Origin: Mobula hypostoma
Lineage: Eukaryota
Reading direction: 5' to 3'
DNA length: 64,000 nt
Assembly (NCBI RefSeq): GCF_963921235.1
Contig: NC_086097.1
Coordinates: 170,998,001 to 171,062,000 of the forward strand
Part shown: in pieces, positions 1 to 11,337 of the stretch
Numbering within the stretch: the stretch's first letter is position 1
Layout: every line of letters begins with the position of its first letter
Program-made: the position numbers and the translations under genes
Notes under the pieces: model-generated
The model's input: only the letters and a program-made list of their open reading frames with translations
What the model was told of the DNA's origin: nothing
Database searches by the model: none

Positions 1-535
1 AATTAACTCAGTCAGCATATCCCAGTTATTTGTCGTGTAATCAAACGTGTCAATTTGTCCAATGTAGCCAGCCATTTCTGCTCTTTTTTAAAAATCATTA
101 TTATCACCTGGTGTTTATTGTTTATGAACCAGAGAATTTTTTAATTTTCTGACGCCTTTTAAACTTGTTTATCTTCCCTTTCGTGAAGAAAATATGCTAC
201 TCCAAAGAAAAAGAAAGTTCTGTGCTTTTATAAAACTTTAACATCTTGATGCACTTCAACAGAAAGATAGTTGTCTCTACTTAGTTTAAAAATTTCTCAT
301 TGACACTTATGTTTTGTAACTCTAAAAGGAAAAAAGACTGGAGCCCAGAACTTGTTTTAGTTTCATTTTTACTTTAAGTAAGGTATGTATATATGCATGA
401 TGTGGTAGGGTCATGACCAATTTACTTATCTTTATATATAACCCGTAATGATTTATTTAAATGAAGAAGAATGTTTATTTAAGCAATATATTTACAATGT
501 TACTCAAATACTACTGAAATATTAAATACAAAACA
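1..535 (-). mobile_element. 5' end of a Ty3/Gypsy-like LTR retrotransposon (LTR, leader, gag start); continues beyond the left window edge
   Basis: Minus-strand ATG at 75 reads MAGYIGQIDTFDYTTNNWDMLTELI, resembling the N-terminus of Gypsy gag; it is preceded by an AT-rich TG...CA-bounded LTR at 310-535. Confidence 0.7.
310..535 (-). repeat. LTR (~226 bp) with 9-bp inverted termini
   Basis: tgttttgta at 310-318 and its reverse complement tacaaaaca at 527-535. Confidence 0.65.
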
Positions 536-555
536 AAAGGAACTTGGGAGTCTTT

Positions 556-763
556 GCAACACACATCAAAGTTGCTGGTGAACGCAGCAGGTCAGGCAGC
601 ATCTGTAGGAAGAGGTGCAGTCGACGTCCTGACGAAGGGTCTCGGCCTGAAACGTCGACTGCACCAGGCACCTCTTCCTACAGATGCTGCCTGGCCTGCT
701 GCGTTCACCAGCAACTTTGATGTGTGTTGCATGAATTTCCAGCATCTGCAGAATTCCTGTTGT
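556..763. mobile_element. Penelope-like pLTR fold-back insertion with 13-bp TSD
   Basis: Inverted arms ~556-627 and ~652-730, a ~33-nt tail at 731-763, and ttgggagtctttg duplicated at 544-556 and 764-776; CR1 sequence resumes after it. Confidence 0.9.
626..659 (+). ncRNA. Minimal type I hammerhead ribozyme motif (intact core, 3-bp stem I)
   Basis: gtc-CTGACGA(629-635)-agggtctcggcct-GAAAC(649-653)-GTC(654-656)-gac. Confidence 0.7.
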
Positions 764-1712
764 TTGGGAGTCTTTGTGCAGGATACCCTAAAGATTAACT
801 TGCAGATGGTGAGGAAGGCAAATGCAATGTTGGTATTCATTTCAAGAGGTCGAGAATACAAGAGCAAGGATGTGATGCTGAGCCTTTATAAGACAATGGT
901 CAGACCATACTTTTGGGCCCCTTATCTAAGAAAAGATATACTGGCATTGGAGAGGTTCCAAAGGAGGTCCAATATAATAATTCCAGGAATGAAAGCGTTG
1001 ATCTATGAGGAGCATTTGATAGTTCTGGGCCTGTATTCAGGAGTTTAGAAGAATGAGGTAGTGGTGGAGGGATATCTCATTGTAACCTATCAAGTACTGA
1101 AAGATCTGGGTAAAATGGATGTGGACCAGAGGGCACAGCCTCAGAACAGAGAGACGTCAATTTAGAGCGGGTTACGAGGAATTTCTTTATTAGAGGGAGA
1201 TGAATCTATAGAATTCATTACAACAGATGGATGTGCAGGTAAAGTCAATGGGTATTTTTAAGGATTTTTGGATAGTTCCTTGATTAATCAGATGATGGGG
1301 AGAAGGCAGGAGAATGAGGTTGGGAAGGATAATAATTTCAGCTATGATGCAATGACGGAGCAGGTACAATTGGATAAATGGCCTAATTCTGCTCTTGTGT
1401 CTTTTGGTCTTATGGTTTTTTTTTTTAACGTTCTTCCAGAAATGAGGGATTCATGGATAGACAGGAGAGGTTGGGAAGAAGTCTGATGTGTATAAGATTG
1501 TCAGGATTAAAGAGAGTCCATAGTGGTAAGATGTTCTGAATGTCCTATGGTTTAAGGACCATGGTGTTTTAATTCAAAGTTTTGGACCAAAAATACAAGC
1601 AGATATGAGGAAAACATTTTTACATCATGTGGCTATGATGTGGAACTCACTGCTTCTAGGAGGGGTGGAAACAATGGTGTGTACTTCAGAGAGAAGTGGA
1701 TAAGTATTTGAA

Positions 1713-2590
1713 GATTCAAGTACATTTATTATCAAAGAATGTATAAATCATAGAACCCTGAGATTTGCTTGCTCACAGGTAGCCACAAAGCATGAAACCT
1801 GAAAGAACCCAATTAAAGAAAAAAAATAAGTCTAACTCTTGATGCACAAGAAAATTTTAAAAAAGTCATGCAAACAATTGAAGCGATGAAGTGAATTGAA
1901 CAATTCAAGCATTCTGAACAATAATTGAGTCCTCAGATCTGAAACCCAGAGCAGCCCAGAGTAGGCCCAAAGCCTCATTGTTCAGTTCATCACATTAGCT
2001 GGCATGGAGCACAGCAGCTGGAGCTGTCTTCATAGCCTCAGCATCGTGGAGATAACCATCACAGAGAATGAGCATAATAGGTTGTTGTCCTGACCAATGC
2101 CCTGCCTTTTCAGTCCGTCTGGGCCAGTGTTTAAACTGACCCAACCATGGAACAGAGAAAGGCTCAGTGCCCTGGAAAGAGGACTGAAGGTTGCAGAGAG
2201 CAACCTCTGATCTGGACTGGCATTTAAATTGTCAAAACAGCGTAAGATACCTTGCACTAGGACCCAGGAACCACTGCTGTGAAGGGCCCCTGACCTAGAC
2301 CACGCTGCCCAGCAACTCACTCTGGACCCAGATTTTGTCTCGCAGTCTGAAGCTGCTCTCAAGCTCTTCAAATTGGCTCAGCATCCAGAGCGGTCCAACC
2401 TTGCACCCAGGCCAGTAGAACGAGGATTGAAATCGAATCGCCACTGCCTGGTCTGATTTCTCCTTGCACCCAGGAAGTTGTATGAGCATCGAAATTGAAT
2501 CTCCTCTGCCTGAGCTGACTTCTCCTCGTGTCTTCTCCAGAGCGATTCAGCCTTGCTCCTGGGCCAACTGCATGGACATTGGAAATCCAA
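1713..2590 (-). mobile_element. Non-autonomous LINE-tailed repeat with a degenerate internal repeat body
   Basis: Minus-strand 3' end ttgataataaatgtacttgaatc resembles the tails of Rex1-type fragments in this window; the non-coding body resembles 46480-46800. Confidence 0.5.
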
Positions 2591-2594
2591 CTGC

Positions 2595-3365
2595 AACGAA
2601 CAATAGTGTGGATTATTATCTAAACGGGGAGAAAATTCAAACATCAGAGGTGCAGAGGAACTTGGATATCTATGTGCAAGACTCCCAGAAGGTTAATTCA
2701 CAGGTTGAGTCTGTGGTAAAGAAGGCAAATGCAATATTGGAATTTATTTCAAGGGGAATAATATAAAAATAAGGAGATAATCTTGAAGCTTTGTAAGACA
2801 CTAGTCAGGCTGCACGTGGAGTATTGTCAACAGGTTTGGACCCCGTATCTCAGAAAGGATGTATTGTCATTGAAGAGAGTCCAGAGGAGGTCAAGGGGAC
2901 AATTCTGGGAATGAAGGGGTTAACATATTAGGGGCATCTGGCAGCTTTGGGCTCACTGGAATTAAGAAGAATGTGTGAGGATCTCATTGATACATATCAA
3001 ATGTTGAAAGGACTAGATAAGGTAGATGTGGAGAAGATGGTTCTTCCAGTGGGTGTATCCAGAACTAGAGGGCACAGCCTCAAAATTGAGGGGCAACCTT
3101 TTAGAAAAAAGTAAGGAGGGATTTTTGTAGCCAAAGAGTGGTGAATCTGTGGAATGCTCTGCCACAGACTGTGGTGGAGGCTAAGTCCGTGAGTATATTT
3201 AAAGCAGAAGTTGATAGATTCCTGATTGCTCAGGGCATCAAGGGATATAGTGATAGGGCAGGTGTATGGGGTTGAATGGCATCTGGGATCAGCCATGATG
3301 AAATAGCAGAGTGGACTTAATTGGCTGAATGGCCTAATTCTGCTCCCATGTCTTATGGTCTTTTG
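2595..3365 (+). mobile_element. CR1 LINE 3' fragment
   Basis: DYYLNGEKIQTSEVQRNLDIYVQDSQKVNSQVESVVKKANAILEFISRGI followed by a CR1 3' UTR. Confidence 0.9.
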
Positions 3366-3554
3366 GATTCATCCCCTGAACTCTCCTCACCATTGCTTGC
3401 CCCTTCATTGTTTATGGCAATAATTTAACACAATTTACCTTAGAAAGGGATTTTTAGTGATGTTTTTAGTCAGATTTCTAAGCTTTTTGACTACCAGGAA
3501 GCTGTTGCACATGCTTGGTAGTGCCAGCTTAACCAGAATTGAGAGAAAATATGG

Positions 3555-3970
3555 TTTATGAGGAAAGGTTGATTAAGCTAGTATATTTCACTTTGGACTG
3601 AAGGAAAGGTGACTTGATAGAGCTGCATAAGATGAGAAGATGCATAATTAGAGTGGGCAGCCAGCTCCTTTTTCCCAACACTGTTATATTTAATAGCTGA
3701 GGGTATCCTTTAAAAGAGAATAGAGGAAATTTCAGGGGTAGTTTTTTTTAACCTCAGTGCTAAGTGCCTGGAATGCACTGCTGTTGGTGATGAGAGGCTG
3801 GTACATTGGAGGCAGTTAAGGGGCAATTAGATTTGCACATGGATGAATGAAAAATGGTGGGTTATGGGCTATAGAGGAGGGAGGTGTTATAATAATCGAG
3901 TAGGGTAGAAGTTCAGCACAACATCATGGGCCAAAAGGTCCATACTTTGCTGTACTAATATGTAGATCTA
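3555..3970 (+). mobile_element. Old CR1 3' end
   Basis: Degenerate match to the CR1 3' ends at ~14750-15150. Confidence 0.65.
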
Positions 3971-4339
3971 TGAAGAAGGAGCAGGACAGTGGGTTTGATG
4001 TGCTTGGTCTATCAGAAGCTGATAGAGAGTTGATGGATTGAATTCTCTCCTTCAGTGTGGTAATAATCATATGTTGTGAAGTAGTGGGAAGAAGGTGTCA
4101 AACAATTTATAGAAACAATTCAGCAGGTCACACAGCAATCGGACCTTAGACAGGGCTTCAACACAAAACCTCTTACAAATGTAGATTGTTTGTTGCTCCA
4201 GATTACAACATTGCAGTCTCATGTGTCGCTCTAGAAGGAAGTTATTGAATGGAGAAACACAAAAGATTTCATTGGGCAAACAGGATTAATAATGATGGTT
4301 AATAATTAACTCAGTCATCAAAGGAGATCAAAATGTTTC

Positions 4340-4460
4340 TCCAGATGCTGGAAATCTTGAGCAACACACACAAAATACTGGAGAAGCTTAGCAGGTCAAG
4401 CGGCATCTATGAGGGGAAATGATGGTTCCTGATGAATGGTCTTGGCCTGAAACTGTTTAT
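4340..4460. mobile_element. PLE pLTR fragment with degenerate hammerhead motif
   Basis: cagatgctggaaatcttgagcaacacac...; CTGATGA at 4429-4435 and GAAAC at 4449-4453, cleavage triplet lost. Confidence 0.7.
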
Positions 4461-4527
4461 TTCAGGTTTCTATTATCTGCATCCCTGTAGGATATTTGAC
4501 TTTGATTTCTCCCCTGTTTTGGATTTA

Positions 4528-5425
4528 TAGAGTTATGTAACATGGGAACAGGCCCTTCAATACAAATGGTTCATGATGACCAAGACTAAGCTAATCCATT
4601 TGCCAGAATTTTATCCTGTCAACAGTGTGTACCTCTCCAAGTTCCTTTTGAATGTTGTTTTCATACCCATCTCAATGACCTCCTCTGACAGCTCATTCCA
4701 TAGACAGACCAGCCTCTGGGTTAAAAAGCTGTCTCTCAAGTTTTGATTAAATACCTCTCCTCTTACCCTAAACCTATGCCCTCCAGTTCCTGATTTTGCC
4801 AACCTTATGCATTGAATTTATCTATGTTCCCCTCCAGCACCAAGAATAAGATCGAGGTTCAAGTCCTGCCGTTGTCTGAGAGGAGTTTGTACATTTTCTC
4901 CATGACCATGTTCATTTCCTATGGCTGTTCCAGTTTCCCCCTACATTCTAAAGACCTGCATTTAGGGTTAGTAAGTTGTGCGTGCTGGAGATGTGGTAAC
5001 TCGTGCTGATTTGATTTGATGAAATGGCACATTTACCGTGTGTTTCCATGTACATGTGACAATCAGCATGTGATAAGCTCTTTCCAGCTTAATGGCATCT
5101 TTCCTACAGCACAGTGACCAAAACTGAATACAATATTGATAACATGGCCTCACCAACATCTTGTACAACTGCGATATAACAGCCCAATTGTCTGACAAAG
5201 ACCAGCATGCCAAAAGCCTTCACTACCTTAAACCACCAATGACGCCACTTTCAGGAAAGCAGGTACTCGAAGTCCTAGGTCCCCCCCATTCTAGAGCACT
5301 ACTGTTCACTGTGAATGACCAACCCTGATTTGTCTCCCCAAAATGCATCACTTTCTACTTGTCTAAATTAAACTCCATTTGCCCATCTTTGACTTTCACA
5401 GCTGATCAAAATGCCTCTGTAAATC
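4528..5425 (-). mobile_element. CR1 3' fragment containing a SINE insertion
   Basis: Minus ORFs GHRFRVRGEVFNQNLRDSFLTQRLVCLWNELSEEV and LYKMLVRPCYQYCIQFWS. Confidence 0.8.
4835..5065 (+). mobile_element. V-SINE-like element (tRNA-derived head and V-domain)
   Basis: B-box-like ggttcaagtcc; V-domain-like ggagtttgtacattttctcc...ccagtttccccctacattctaaagac. Confidence 0.65.
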
Positions 5426-6375
5426 CTACAATGAAATAAGACAAGAAATAATTAGTGTTGAATATAAGAAATGAGTTGGCCATTCAAATCCACTTGCAGA
5501 TCTGCCTTTCAATTAGATCATGATTGATCTTTTAACTCAGCACGATTTTTGTCACTAACTCTATATCCCTGAATCTTTTACTGTCTTCTCATTCCCCCCC
5601 ACCCCCATCCCTGTGATGACTGCACTCAGAGACTGCACATCCAGAGCCATCTTGGGTAGACAGTTCAAAGATTCACCCTGTGAAATTTCTCCTTGTTTCA
5701 ATGTCGAATGGTTGTTCCAGTACTGAGTCTGTGACCCTTCTGTTCTCTTGACTGCACCAGGAACACTACTAACTCTCTTGCATGGATAATGAAGAGCAGG
5801 CAGTTCGGGAAAGACGTAACCAAGGCTGCAGCAGGAAACTTGTGGTTTCTTTGATTAATGAGTAAATCTATAAGCTTAACATGGCTAAGCTTTGTTTTAT
5901 ACAAGCATAAATTTTAACCTTTTGCTGCCACCTGTGATAAAATGAACCTTAAATCGAAATATCTTAAACTGCAGGCACTAAAAAATGATAATGATGTCTG
6001 CGAGTACCTAGTCATTGCCAAACATTGTTTTGCAATTGTTTGTAAAGGATTGGCTTAAAAAGATGAGGCAAGATATTAGATTGAGCAGTGAACATTTATC
6101 AGCCAAGGTTGAAGGAGAATATTGGATTAGATTATGTGGAGAGATTACATACACTCGGCTGCTATTCCACAGAATATATTAGGTTGAGAGGTATAATTGC
6201 TTCTAGGATTTTGAAAGGGACTAATAGAGTAGGTGGAGAGGAATTTTTTTACAAAGACAAGGTGGAGAGACAAGGACAACAGAGTCAGCCAGTCAGGTGC
6301 AATGAATATAACCCAAAAGTGGTTCATAGCTCAAACATCTGGGCTAAATCCCATCAGTCCTGTTTATAACTCTTA

Positions 6376-6859
6376 AGGCTGATTTATACTTGTGTGTCAA
6401 CTCAATGCCGTAGGTACGGCATTGCCGCGAACCCTACGCAGAGCCTACGTGGATCCCTACGCCGTAGCCTGACGCGCACCTTTCCCAAAATGTAACTACG
6501 CATCGCAGCAACGCAGACCGCAACAACTGTGATTGGTCTGCCTGGTAGCATCGCATTTCCTCCTACGCTGCAATAGCTTCCCATTGGGCGACTGAAGGGC
6601 AGGGAAGGAACTCTGGCTGCAATGCTTTCCATAAAGCTTTACAGACCTCTGAAATTATGGAGGACACATTTCGCTTTTATGACAAAAGACGCTCGCTTTA
6701 AACTTGTTTAGCCCAAGAAAGACTACCAAGACCATGAAGCCTTGCATGGGCAGGTGTGTGCGTATGCAGAGCAACGCAGACACACCAAAGCACAAGTATA
6801 AATGCTCACAACGTGCGTAGGTTACGGCATCAAGTTGACGCACAAGTATAATTTAGCCT
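6376..6859. mobile_element. PIF/Harbinger-type MITE (484 bp)
   Basis: ~37-bp imperfect TIRs (aggctgatttatacttgtgtgtcaactcaatgccgta and tacggcatcaagttgacgcacaagtataatttagcct); TTA TSD at 6373-6375 and 6860-6862; CpG-rich, no transposase. Confidence 0.9.
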
Positions 6860-7219
6860 TTACTGTACTGCATTTCTCACCACCTCTTCCTCTTCAACTG
6901 GAATATTTTGGAAAAGAGTGATAGCACTGTCCAGAGTCGTAGAATCACAGGAATTTATTGAAGATTTTGAGGTGATTGTATCTGTGTTGGCTTAAAAAAA
7001 AGGATGCTTCTCAGCATATTATTCTGCATCTTTTCAAAGTGAGTGGTAAATCTTCGGAAATCTCTGCATTGGAAGATGGCGAAAGCTAGATTAATGGAGT
7101 ATCTAAAAAAAGGTTTGATAATTTTTCAAAAAATTGTGGAACCGAGAGTTGTGCAAACTGGCTTAGAAGACAAGCCGAGGCTTGAGGTAAACCAGCCATG
7201 AACATATAACATACAAATT

Positions 7220-8548
7220 TACCTGTCCAGGCAGACCCATTGTTTCTGCTTGTTTCTGCCCCACTGAATTTACATCTTCCTACCTCGGCCCTGTTTTATC
7301 CCCCTGGTTCAGTCCTTTCCTACCTACATCTGTAACACTTCACACACTTCAGATCTTTTCAATGACTTCAAGGTCCCACGCCCCGATTGTCTCATTTTCA
7401 CTATGGACATCCAATCCCTGTTAATCTTCATCCTTCAAAGGAGGGCCTCGTTGCTTCGTTGTAGGCAACAGACCCAGTCCGTTTTGTTCAGCCACCACTA
7501 TCCTCTGTCTGATGGAACTGGTTTGCACTCTCAATAATTTTTCTTTTGGTTCCTCCCATTTCCTTCAAACCAAAGGTGTAGCCATGGGCACTCACATGGG
7601 TCCCAGCGATGCCTTCCTCTTTGTCAGCTACATGGAACAGTCTATATTCCAAGCCTACATCGGTATCTCTTCCTAGCTTTTCCTATGCTACGGCACTGAC
7701 TGATTTGGCACTGCTTCCTGCACCAATGCCGAGCTCATTGGCTTCATCAACTTTGCCTCTGACTTCCACCCTGCACTCAAATCTACTTGGTCCATTTCTG
7801 ACCTCCCTCCCCTTACTCAATCTCAGTCTCTATCTCTCGAGACAGTGTATCTACTATTATTTTTGATAAACCCACTGACTCTAACAGCTACCTGGACAAT
7901 ACATCTTCCCACCCTGTTACTTTAAAAAAACGCTACCCCCGTCTCTCAATTCTTCTGTCTCTGCCGCATCTGCTTTCAGGATGAGGCTTTTTATTCCAGA
8001 ACTAATGAGGTGTCCTCACTCAAAGAAGAGCTATCCTCCCTCCAATATCAACACTGCCCTCACCCCCATCTCTTCCATTTCATGCACATCCACCCTCACC
8101 CCATCCTCCCGCCACCCCACGTAAGATAGGATTCCTCCTGACCTCACCTACCAGCCTACTAGCCTCTGCATCCAGCACATAATCCTCTGCAGCTTATACA
8201 AGCTCCAATGCGATCCCACAACAAAACACATCTTTCCCTCCCCCACTTTCTACTTTCCACAGGGATCACTCTCTACATGACTCCCTTGTCCATTTGTCCC
8301 TCCCCATTGACTTCCCTCCTGGTACTTATCCTTGCAAGCAGGACATGGGCCATACCTCCTCCCCCTTTCCCAGTTTCACCTATCACCTACCACCTTTACT
8401 TTACTTTTCCTCCCTTTTCCCCAGCCTCTTGCTCTGACTTTTCTTTTTTTAATCCAGCCCTGAAGAAGAGCCTTGGCCCAAAATGTTGACTGTTTACTCT
8501 TTTCCATAGATGTTGCCTGCCCTGCAGAATTCTTCCAACATTTTGTGT
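7220..8548 (+). mobile_element. Decayed Penelope-like element (RT fragment, internal deletion, pLTR)
   Basis: Frameshifted RT motifs CPGRPIVSAC, FTMDIQSL, QTKGVAMGTHMGPS, KPTDSNSYLD; pLTR with a mutated hammerhead at ~8455-8492. Confidence 0.85.
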
Positions 8549-8694
8549 ATATAGCGTAGTAGGGCAGGTTTGAGGTGTTACTCCTGATCCTAGTGTGCAC
8601 TTGTGGAGATGATGGCTCACCAGGTGATTGATCAGGTGCTCTTTGATGGTGACGAGATTTTCTCTTCCCCCACCATTTTCTGGCAGTGAGTTTC

Positions 8695-8895
8695 ATGCAA
8701 CAAACTTCAGTATCTGCTGAAGGAATTCAGCAGGTTGTGCAGCATCTACGGAGGAAAAAGGAATCGTGGATTCTCCCAGATCAAAATCCTGCTCGTGAAG
8801 AGTTTTGACCTGAAATGTCACAATTCACAGATTCTGTTCAACCTGCTGAGTTCCTGGTTGTTTCTCCAGATTCCAGCATCTGTAGTCTCTTGTGA
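8695..8895. mobile_element. Old PLE fold-back insertion
   Basis: gaattcagcaggttg...gcagcatct versus caacctgctgagttc..., with tail ccagcatctgtagtctcttgtg. Confidence 0.65.
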
Positions 8896-9189
8896 AAATC
8901 TAGAGTTTCAGACGCTACCAAAGTTCTTCAGCGTTGCTCTCTCTTTCTACCAAATTAACTTATATCTACTTTCCCAACTGTTGTCCTCTCAGCTAAGGGA
9001 ATCTGCTCATTTCCATTTGCTGTGCTAAGATTTTCTTATTAGTCACCCCAAATAATTCTCACTTCAGCCTACCTTTTTCTCACAGGAATCAACACCAACC
9101 TAGACACACTCCATGTCCAGCAATATCCTCTCGGATCTTCTTATCCTTCTCGTGGAAGGAGGGTAAGTGTTTTTCAGATGCTCCAAGAT

Positions 9190-9530
9190 TCATAGCTTGG
9201 TACAACAGGCCCTTCAGCCCAACTCGTCAATGCCTGCCAAGATGTCTACCTGAGCCTTATTTGGCCATATTTGATGAATATCCCTCTAAAATCTTCCTAT
9301 CCGTGTAACTGTCCAACTTCTTTTAAACATTGTAATTGTATCTGTCTCTATCACTGCATCTTGTAGCTCATTTGATAATCCCAACACTCTCTGTATGAAA
9401 GTCTTAACTCTTTGATCCCTCTTAAATCTTTCCCTTCTCACTTTAAATGTGTGTCCAATACTTTTAGACTCTTTACCCTGCGTAAAACAATGACAACCCA
9501 TCTTATCAATGCATGATTTTATAAACACGC
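9190..9530 (-). mobile_element. CR1 3' end
   Basis: GHTFKVRRERFKRDQRVKTFIQRVLGLSNELQDAVIE on the minus strand. Confidence 0.8.
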
Positions 9531-9609
9531 TTCTGTTTTGTTTATCCTAATTGTGGAATGTAACTAAAGAACTAAAAATCGGCAAAGTTATGTTAAACTT
9601 GTGTAGACT

Positions 9610-9757
9610 CTGTGGAGCCATTGCTTCACTGCTCATGTGACCTATATTCAATCTTGACTTCTGGTGCTTTCTGTGTAGAGATTGCCTATTGTCGCTATGA
9701 ATGTGTGTGCTTCTTTTGGGTGCCTCTGGTTTCCTCCTACATCCCAAAGACATGCTA
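9610..9757 (+). mobile_element. V-SINE-like fragment
   Basis: V-domain-like gggtgcctctggtttcctcctacatcccaaagacatg. Confidence 0.65.
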
Positions 9758-9759
9758 AT

Positions 9760-10590
9760 TCAAAATTCAAAGATCAAAGTTTAAAGTAAATTTATTATCA
9801 AAGTATGTACTTCATTGGCCACCATTGACTACTCTGAGATTAATTTTTGTGCAGGCCTTCTCAGTAAATACAAAGAAACACCATCCAATCAATAAGAAAC
9901 TGCACACAACAAAGATGGGCAAATAACCAATGTACAAAAGGCAACAGATTGTACAAGTACAAAAAGAATAAGCAAAAAAATGATAGATGGACAGATAGGC
10001 ATTGAGAACGTGAGTTGTTGAGTCCTTCAAAGTGAATCCATTGGTTGTGAAATCAGTTCAGTATTGTGATGAGTAAAAATTATTCACTTTGATTTAGGAG
10101 TCTTATGGTTGAGGGCTAATAACTTCCTGAATCTGGTCATATGGGACCTCAAGCCCCTGTAGCTCCTTCCTGATGGCAGCAACAAGAAGAGTGCATGGCC
10201 TGAATGGTTGGGGTTCTTGATGATAAATGCTACTTTCCTGTGACAGTGTTTCTTATAGATGTGCTCAGCGGTGACGAGGGCTTTACCTGTGATGGACTGG
10301 ACTGTATCATTTACTTTTAGTAAACTTCTCAAGGGCACTGGTACTTCCATACTAGGCTGTGATGCCTCCATTCAGTAAACTTTCCACTGTGCATCTATAG
10401 AAGATTGCCAAAGTTTTAGATGACATGCCAAATCTTCACAAGCGTCTAAGGAAGCAGAGGTGCTGCTGTATGTTCTTCATAATGGCACTTGTATGCTGGA
10501 CCCAGGGTAGATCCTCTGAAATGATAATGCCGAGGAATTCAAAGTTACTGACTCTCAGTACCTCTGATCTGCTGATGAGGACTGGCTCAT
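9760..10590 (-). mobile_element. Rex1/Babar-type LINE 3' fragment
   Basis: QSITGKALVTAEHIYKKHCHRKVAFIIKNPNHSGHALFLLLPSGRSYR; tail ttgataataaatttactttaaactttg. Confidence 0.8.
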
Positions 10591-11337
10591 CTGATGAGGA
10601 TTGATTGACCACTGTATGTGGATAACTGAATGATAGCTGTGGGACTTATGTTATTCGTCACCCACCCAAAGTATCTTTAATTCTATGATTGGTCACCCGA
10701 AGTAACATTTCATGGGAATGTGAGGAGAATAGAAAGCAGATTGGGAAGGAATTGTTCTCAGAGCTAGGACAGAAAAGATTATATATTCTCCTGCATTGTG
10801 AAATTCTAACTAGTTCACAATTGGAGCACTATGGGAAAAGTTCAACAAGGTTTCATGGGATATTGTTAGAAATGAGATCTGAAAGTTATAGGAAAGTGCG
10901 AAACTAGTTAAAGCTCATTCCTCAAGAAAAGAGACTATTGGGTAATGTGATAGAGCCCTCAACCATTGTGGAATAGCTTAATGGAAAGGAATATTCAAAA
11001 CAAAGTCATAAATGTAGGAAAATTGCAATGTTAAAAGATATTCACAGGGAAGTTTAGAGTAGGCGAAGAAGTTTAGCTCAGGTAGGCAGCTAGGTTGGCA
11101 TTTCTGTGTTGTTCATCTTGGTAGCTCTAAGATGATCACTAATGTCTAAGATGATCGAGGCACGACTGCGCAAGCACGTGGATGTCAGCGAGTTAGACCA
11201 GTGGGAAGAGTTTAAAAGGAGGACAGCTTTATAGAGCAAGCATCAGAGGAGCGGGTGACAGAGTAGAGGGAATCAGAGTAGGATCGAGAACGGGTTGAGG
11301 CAAGATACATTATTTGTGTAGAATAGAAACAGGATGC

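Larger units (their letters stand above)
536..1415 (+). mobile_element. CR1 LINE 3' fragment, interrupted by a PLE hairpin
   Basis: KANAMLVFISRGREYKSKDVMLSLYKTMVRP..WAPYLRKDILALERFQRR (CR1 ORF2 C-terminus); 3' end ggcctaattctgctcttgtgtcttttggtcttatgg. Confidence 0.9.

Noticed and set aside
554..1048. 164-aa ORF as a novel gene
   Set aside because: Chance fusion of the PLE hairpin and a CR1 fragment; the repeated peptide on both strands simply reflects the palindrome.
5923..5938. CTCF-like motif (minus strand cacaggtggcagca)
   Set aside because: Only the 3' half matches the consensus; not supportable without binding data.
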